In this document: positions 59,165-64,000 of the stretch, in pieces
Layout: each line of letters opens with the position of its first letter
Position numbering within the stretch: position 1 is the first letter of the stretch
From: a virus
Strand: one strand, 5' to 3'
Length of the DNA stretch: 64,000 nucleotides
Virus record (IMG/VR): IMGVR_UViG_3300045988_179014
Coordinates: 160,001-224,000 of that record
Translations under genes and position numbers: made by a program
Notes under the pieces: model-generated
Told to the model about the DNA's origin: nothing
The model's database searches: none
Seen by the model: the letters and a program-made list of their open reading frames with translations, nothing else

Positions 59165-59938
59165 TCAATCCCCTGTGCGGTCATCCCATTCCATTCGCCA
59201 ATGTCGTGGGTCTGAAGGAAGAACAGTTAACACCAACATTGCCAAACCCCCAAACGGTACTAGAAATAGTAACATGAACCACGCTGAGAAGCCTGCATCA
59301 TGTAATCTTCGAGCTGTAAGCGCCAAGAATGGAATAAATGTAACACATATAAACACCAGTAGACAGAAACCGGCTACCAAAGCCAATGAACGTCCTACAC
59401 TTGCGCTGAAGAAATCATCAGTGGAGTACAATGAACGACCCCATCCAAACATTATGAGCATTATTACACCAATGGTATACAACACGCTGAAAAATGCTGA
59501 AATCAATGCAAGCCATAATGTTGCAAACCAATATTCACTTCGAGAAGCATAACCAGAAAATCGTGTATATTTTTTGAAGAAACGAATTACTGCTTGTCGA
59601 AATGTGGCTCCATACAAAGGTTGACTCAATGGAAAATCAGCGGTGGAAGCATTGTTGTAATTGTTCATTGGATGCATGTATGGATAAGCCATATGACTAG
59701 GAGCAGCATAATTGTTTGAACTATTATTTTGAGTGAAAAATGGCGGCATGTTTGAATCCTGAAAACCATGATTTGACGTAACCCCCTGATTCACGAAATC
59801 TGGCTGTCCATTTGTAGGAGCGTGTTCAGGATTGGTTGATGGTTCTGTAGTGTTGTGTATGGAATAGGGTTCATGTGACATGTTGTCTCCTATGAGAAAA
59901 GATTCATGCACAATATCCACCCCATTCCACCTCAACAT
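59165..59938 (-). CDS. DUF805-family inner-membrane protein with low-complexity N-terminus
   Basis: 'RFSGYASRSEYWFATLWLALISAFF' matches the DUF805 'R-x-x-[FY]-W' motif, and several TM helices follow. Confidence 0.5.
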   Translation of the reverse strand: MLRWNGVDIVHESFLIGDNMSHEPYSIHNTTEPSTNPEHAPTNGQPDFVNQGVTSNHGFQDSNMPPFFTQNNSSNNYAAPSHMAYPYMHPMNNYNNASTADFPLSQPLYGATFRQAVIRFFKKYTRFSGYASRSEYWFATLWLALISAFFSVLYTIGVIMLIMFGWGRSLYSTDDFFSASVGRSLALVAGFCLLVFICVTFIPFLALTARRLHDAGFSAWFMLLFLVPFGGLAMLVLTVLPSDPRHWRMEWDDRTGD

Positions 59939-60036
59939 AATAAATCGAACCAGTTGATTGCATCAAACAACACAATACTTGGGCGTTTATAGTATTGCTT
60001 ATTTTGTGTTATTCTCGGAATACTGTTGGGTTGTGA

Positions 60037-60831
60037 TTAATGAATGTATTTACGATAGGTTTCATCAATCAAAAATCCAGGTTTCTGTAACAGGACCTCG
60101 ACTTTTTGAAGAACTGGTTTTGGTGTTTTCTGTACCAGTTTCACAGTCTGTTTTCTAGTGTTTGGGTTTTTGAATAGTTTGGTGAATTCTTGTGCTGTTT
60201 CGTGGGCTCGTTCCTCTATGGTGGTCACTTGTACATTACTGTTCCGGCCAGAAGCTTTCAATGTTTGTTCATAGTCAAAATCCAGCTCATGCCCTGCATC
60301 CACGAGTGCTTGTTGTACAGGATACAGATTCCACATGGTGATGTTTCTGGTCTTCTTCACCCCAGCATTCATTGTGGTGACAGTACACAACCCTTGCTCG
60401 GATGCTGCTGAGTTCCCCATACCATTGTCATCCCTCAACCCCAACTCGTCCAACCACTTACCAATTGTGTTGGCTGTGACATTGAAATAGGTGGCAATAG
60501 TTCCCAGATTCACCCATTTAGGTTCATCACTATTGTTTGCGACTTCTTGGTTCACAATTTGCCGTTCCAGAGTTAAACCAAATTCTTCCAGTTTGGTTTG
60601 TACATGATTCAAATTCCAAATGAGTTTGTTCTCACACACATCAACAAGACCATCAATAAGTGCTTGTTTGGTGGGTTTATGGTCCACAGACAAGTAACCA
60701 GTGGTGTTGAGTACATGAAACAATGTATCTGTTTGTAGCGATTTGAAATTATCAGCTAGTTTTTGTGTACTGGAATGAGATGGCAGTTTTCCCATGAGAT
60801 AACGCTTTACAGGAGGAGCAAGTTTTTCCAT
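60037..60831 (-). CDS. Putative HTH DNA-binding protein
   Basis: 'WVNLGTIATYFNVTANTIGKWLDELGL' looks like a helix-turn-helix. Confidence 0.35.
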   Translation of the reverse strand: MEKLAPPVKRYLMGKLPSHSSTQKLADNFKSLQTDTLFHVLNTTGYLSVDHKPTKQALIDGLVDVCENKLIWNLNHVQTKLEEFGLTLERQIVNQEVANNSDEPKWVNLGTIATYFNVTANTIGKWLDELGLRDDNGMGNSAASEQGLCTVTTMNAGVKKTRNITMWNLYPVQQALVDAGHELDFDYEQTLKASGRNSNVQVTTIEERAHETAQEFTKLFKNPNTRKQTVKLVQKTPKPVLQKVEVLLQKPGFLIDETYRKYIH

Positions 60832-61038
60832 TGTACATTTTCCAATCTGTCTACTGGAAAGAATATAGTTGATTTAGGTTGCTTTTGGATTCCATGACAA
60901 TTTCCAAAATATCTTGTCAAAATATTGGTGTATTCTCAATACAAAAAATAGAGTTTAACTCATTGAGGTTCATATTCATGATAGATGTAATCCGTTGGTT
61001 GTGAATGGTTTTTCAGTGACATGCATGTAGTTGTTGAG

Positions 61039-61680
61039 TCAGAAAAACCCATGAACCATATGATGTTCCAAATGTCCCCAAATGTTTTCCGCCAATGCTA
61101 ACACTTGCTCAGATTCTACAGATTGACGATAATCCAGTTGCAGAAGATTGGGATGACTGATTTTGAGCGGGCACAATCCATCTTCGCGGACACGAATCAA
61201 CAAATTACCATTGTTGAGCAACGCATTGGTTTTACGATAGTCACGAGCACGACGGTCAGAGCCACGATGCCAACGATACCCGTCATATTCCACCATAAAA
61301 GTTCGTCCCATGAAAGTGCCAACAATGTCCACTACAACAATTTTTCCACACGGTAATGTCAATTGCTGTTCCGTGGGTGCTGTAAAACATGCATTGTGTA
61401 TATTGAGATGTTTACGTAACTTGGACTCAATTATGGAACCCTCGTTTTGTCCTCTGCATACTCTGCATTGTGCTGTTCGTTTGTTGCGAGTACGGGTGAA
61501 AACTCTTGCTTCCCAAACATGCCCTTCTTGACAACGCCACCAAACTTTAATGCCTGAATTCGGAACAACAGAATGTGGTGTTAAGTTGAGATGATGATTC
61601 TTGTCATAGAACCATTCCCTAGCAACATGAGGGAACAGGTCCGCCAACGACCCGCCGGTTTCCGGTATGGCCCGTCTCAT
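61039..61680 (-). CDS. Zinc-ribbon plus DUF559/Vsr-like endonuclease-domain protein
   Basis: 'WWRCQEGHVWEARVFTRTRNKRTAQCRVCRG' is a treble-clef-type zinc ribbon. 'VEYDGYRWHRG...RDYRKTNALLNNGNLLIRVRE' matches the DUF559 pattern 'E-x-D-G-x-x-H...D-x-x-R...L...G-W-x-V-L-R'. Confidence 0.45.
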   Translation of the reverse strand: MRRAIPETGGSLADLFPHVAREWFYDKNHHLNLTPHSVVPNSGIKVWWRCQEGHVWEARVFTRTRNKRTAQCRVCRGQNEGSIIESKLRKHLNIHNACFTAPTEQQLTLPCGKIVVVDIVGTFMGRTFMVEYDGYRWHRGSDRRARDYRKTNALLNNGNLLIRVREDGLCPLKISHPNLLQLDYRQSVESEQVLALAENIWGHLEHHMVHGFF

Positions 61681-61715
61681 TGTTCATGTCCAATACTCAT
61701 GATGAAAACAGAATA

Positions 61716-62294
61716 TCAACGACCATAACGTTCACGCAACATCAAATCAATCTCATTCCAGTTTTTGGCATGTTCCACATTCGGAATGGTTTGATTGTAG
61801 GCTTGTTCATAAGCAATAACATGACGATTAGCATTCCTTAAAGCAATAATATTATGTGGTGCATCATCTATGTATGTATCTGCACTGAATCTCCATTTTT
61901 GATGCAGAAACAAAATGTTGTCATATGGTATACCTGATGAATCCAATGCTTTTGCCGTCTGTTGCAACACCATGTCATGTTGACTAGGGCTCCAAAGACG
62001 AGATGTCACAATATTGATTTCATAACCACGATTCGACAAGTCCTGAAGAACCTTGACCGCTCCAGGTAATGGTTTCAAATTTTGGAATAATCCATTATCC
62101 ACAGCTTTACGATGAAGATACTCAAAACTTCCTAAAGGAATCACACCAGTAGTTTCCATGTTGAATTCATGCATGATGACATTGGGAGGAATCTTGTATC
62201 CCAATGTTTGTATGTAATCACAGAATCCTTGGAAATAGTTGAAACAAGTATCATCCAAATCTATCGCAAGAGCTGGTTCATGGTAGTCGTTCAC
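61716..62294 (-). CDS. HAD-superfamily 5'(3')-deoxyribonucleotidase (NT5C-like); start moved to GTG behind GGAG
   Basis: 'AIDLDDTCFNY' is HAD motif I (DxDxT). GGAGACAAAAGCAC precedes the GTG. The upstream ATG of the ORF track has no SD. Confidence 0.65.
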   Translation of the reverse strand: MNDYHEPALAIDLDDTCFNYFQGFCDYIQTLGYKIPPNVIMHEFNMETTGVIPLGSFEYLHRKAVDNGLFQNLKPLPGAVKVLQDLSNRGYEINIVTSRLWSPSQHDMVLQQTAKALDSSGIPYDNILFLHQKWRFSADTYIDDAPHNIIALRNANRHVIAYEQAYNQTIPNVEHAKNWNEIDLMLRERYGR

Positions 62295-63101
62295 GTGCTT
62301 TTGTCTCCAAACAATTGGCAATGATTTCAGCTAACTCTTCAGGGGTTTTGTCATCAGTGTTCAAATAGACATCGAAGAATTCGTAATTGTCCATGGCGGT
62401 TTCTGAATCATGATTACGGGCTTCTTGGGTTACTTCCACTCCATCACGAGCCATTATCCTTTTGGCCTGCACTTCTGGTGACACTTCCAGTCGTACTGCA
62501 TATGCCCCTGCGCCTAAAGCAGCATCAAGTTCGTTTGGGAACCGGTTGTCCGTTATCTGTACTGATTTGTTCTTTGCTAGTTGATGCAATGTGCTGGCCA
62601 ATGTTTTCTTCACCCAATAATTGTTATCTTGTGCTCGACGAACATCAGTCCCCCAATATTGCAAAACCAGCCGAACTGCTTGAGTTTTGATGTATGGGGT
62701 CAAATCCAAGTTTTTTCGCACTTCATCGTACAAATAACCAACTGATACTGTAGCCATCTCCTCTGTCACGCCCATTTGAGCCATGACGGCAGCAACAGCA
62801 TCTTTTTGAGATTCTGCCGCTCGTATAATAGAAAACACTTCACTTATTTCATCTTTGAGAGCTTTGGCATAAAACTCATGTACTCTGTTTTCTTTTGGTA
62901 CATGCAATTTGTCCCATACCAGTGGAGCAACGGTATCCTTTCCCGCCCCAATCTTTCCTGAAAACACCAATAGGACAGCACTACGTCGATGTAAATTATC
63001 CCATGCTGCTTGTGCTACATCTAATGGAACATCATAATCAGCAGCCAACTCAGCTGGGGTGCGTGGAGGAACTTTCACAATAACTCTCATACCATTCATT
63101 T
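62278..63101 (-). CDS. Deoxynucleoside monophosphate kinase (T4 gp1-like)
   Basis: It has the P-loop 'VFSGKIGAGKDTVA'. The start is probably at MNGMRVIVKV, whereas the ORF-track N-terminus is hydrophobic and has no SD. Confidence 0.6.
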
Positions 63102-63443
63102 TAACTATTACATTTTGAAAACATTCACCCATAAACCAAAAGATTATCGCAATAGTATTAGTTCTGTAGAAACAAGCCAATAATTTCTATCATCGTATGA
63201 TAATCTGTAATAATCGTTTAGTTTTGGAGTTATATAATGTAGCCTTATATGGTATTATCATTCGAAACTTAGCAGAGACGAATATTTAATCACACACGGA
63301 GGCCGACATATACAATTCTACCGTTTCAGTTGCTTATTGAATATGGTGTTTCCAGATGCAATCAACACTTCTCCTAATCAGATGAGCAACCACCTTGGAC
63401 GTACCCCCCCAAACTTGGATATTACTCGATTGAAGCATAAACG

Positions 63444-63471
63444 TTGACCCATGGCTGCTGGATGGTAGCAT
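63444..63471 (+). promoter_or_regulatory. Candidate sigma-70-type promoter (TTGACC, N16, TAGCAT) placed for a leaderless or short-leader transcript of the plus-strand gene
   Basis: TTGACC lies at 63444..63449 and TAGCAT at 63466..63471. The ATG follows 6 nt downstream. Confidence 0.25.
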
Positions 63472-63477
63472 GGATAC

Positions 63478-63831
63478 ATGATTGTTCTGATTGATGATGA
63501 GCGCAGCTTCCGTTCCCATGTTGCTGTGGATGATTTATTGGTGTTTCGTCATTCTGGTGAAGCATTGAATTGGCTTACACAGGCTCAGAACATTGAAGTT
63601 GACCAATTGTGGTTGGACCATGATTTGGGCAGTATGAATGAAACAACCGATAGCGTGATGCCAGTTGTGAAAGAACTGGTCAACATGGTGAGAAACCACA
63701 CTGCTCCGAAAATCCATCAGGTGGTGGTTCATACAGCCAACCCAATAGGAGCACAGAACATTGTTGGATATCTGTCTCCATATTTTCCTGTTGTACGTGT
63801 CAGAGCCAATGACTACCTCACAGTTACATGA
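63478..63831 (+). CDS. Stand-alone CheY-like receiver (REC) domain-like protein
   Basis: 'MIVLIDDERSF' matches the REC beta1 'ILIVDDE' strand. 'QLWLDHDLG' is at the phospho-acceptor position, with T at about 87 and K at about 107. This is the only convincing plus-strand gene in the window. Confidence 0.35.
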   Translation: MIVLIDDERSFRSHVAVDDLLVFRHSGEALNWLTQAQNIEVDQLWLDHDLGSMNETTDSVMPVVKELVNMVRNHTAPKIHQVVVHTANPIGAQNIVGYLSPYFPVVRVRANDYLTVT

Positions 63832-64000
63832 TTTCATGGATGGAAACCGTTTGAAGGGTTTGTTCTAATTCGCGTTTCAAATTAGTTGATGTACTTCTGA
63901 GCCAAGATGTCCACTTATGTAATTAGAAACAATCGCAAGTTGTTCAAGCGTTTCTATGGAGAAAAATGATGTATCACACAACCCCGGAAGGTCGTACACT

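Noticed and set aside
63102-63180. Hydrophobic N-terminal extension 'MACFYRTNTIAIIFWFMGECF' on the dNMP kinase ORF
   Set aside because: It has no SD and its composition is unlike the rest of the kinase, so the start was moved to MNGMRV. This remains uncertain.
63535-63837. 100-aa minus-strand ORF overlapping the plus-strand REC-like gene
   Set aside because: It is antisense to an ORF with a recognisable receiver-domain N-terminus and a promoter-like upstream region. It was judged to be a shadow ORF.
1-64000. Search for tRNA/tmRNA, CRISPR repeats, and integrase or terminase/capsid genes
   Set aside because: No cloverleaf-like GTTCGAAT/TTCGAATCC T-arm motifs were seen in non-coding stretches, and no regularly spaced direct repeats. 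No recognisable tyrosine recombinase (R..H..R..Y), terminase or major capsid motifs were seen, so none are reported.

Overview
Nearly every gene in this window lies on the minus strand and starts behind a strong AGGAG-type Shine-Dalgarno. About 55 co-oriented genes are visible and a single convincing plus-strand gene closes the window. GC content is roughly 43-47% and no tRNA, rRNA or CRISPR array was seen. The gene content looks like a phage-plasmid, ICE or jumbo-phage mosaic. No capsid, portal or terminase gene is recognisable anywhere in the 64 kb.

The main hypothesis is a DNA-transfer apparatus that mixes conjugative and pilus-type parts. It includes a VirD4/VirB4-family ATPase carrying two N-terminal TM helices and an acidic tail (38977..41391). 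It has a CwlT/TcpG-like bifunctional peptidoglycan hydrolase with a lytic-transglycosylase 'ES' motif and an NlpC/P60 Cys-His domain (25234..26847). It has bitopic, possibly NTF2-like VirB8/TcpC-type proteins and a small two-helix pilin- or VirB3-like protein followed by its own terminator (36711..37070). It has a membrane-anchored DUF1524/HNH nuclease (34332..35150) and a CpaF/VirB11-family secretion ATPase (14052..15296). Two tandem TadE-like pseudopilins (32214..33370) sit alongside. Three giant polytopic membrane proteins of 1010, 1339 and 1227 aa are clearly paralogous, sharing a 'C-x-x-W-x-x-F...W...G-Q-[FW]-G-T' block and 'Y-[IL]-G-E-W'.

A phage-like replication and nucleotide set is interleaved with these. 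It contains at least two and probably three sigma-70-family factors, an orphan SbcC/Rad50 ATPase and one or two HU-like proteins. It also has PhoH/YlaK (PIN plus PhoH), a DnaG primase and a separate Prim-Pol protein. A GyrB-like type-II topoisomerase subunit and an 832-aa Hsp90-like GHKL ATPase are present. The nucleotide genes are an NrdH-like glutaredoxin, oligoribonuclease, ThyX-like thymidylate synthase, NT5C deoxyribonucleotidase and dNMP kinase. A PPP-family phosphatase homolog has substituted metal-binding motifs.

Several strong rho-independent terminators with perfect 10-16 bp stems are visible on the minus strand. All functional calls rest on motif recognition by eye, since no database search was possible.
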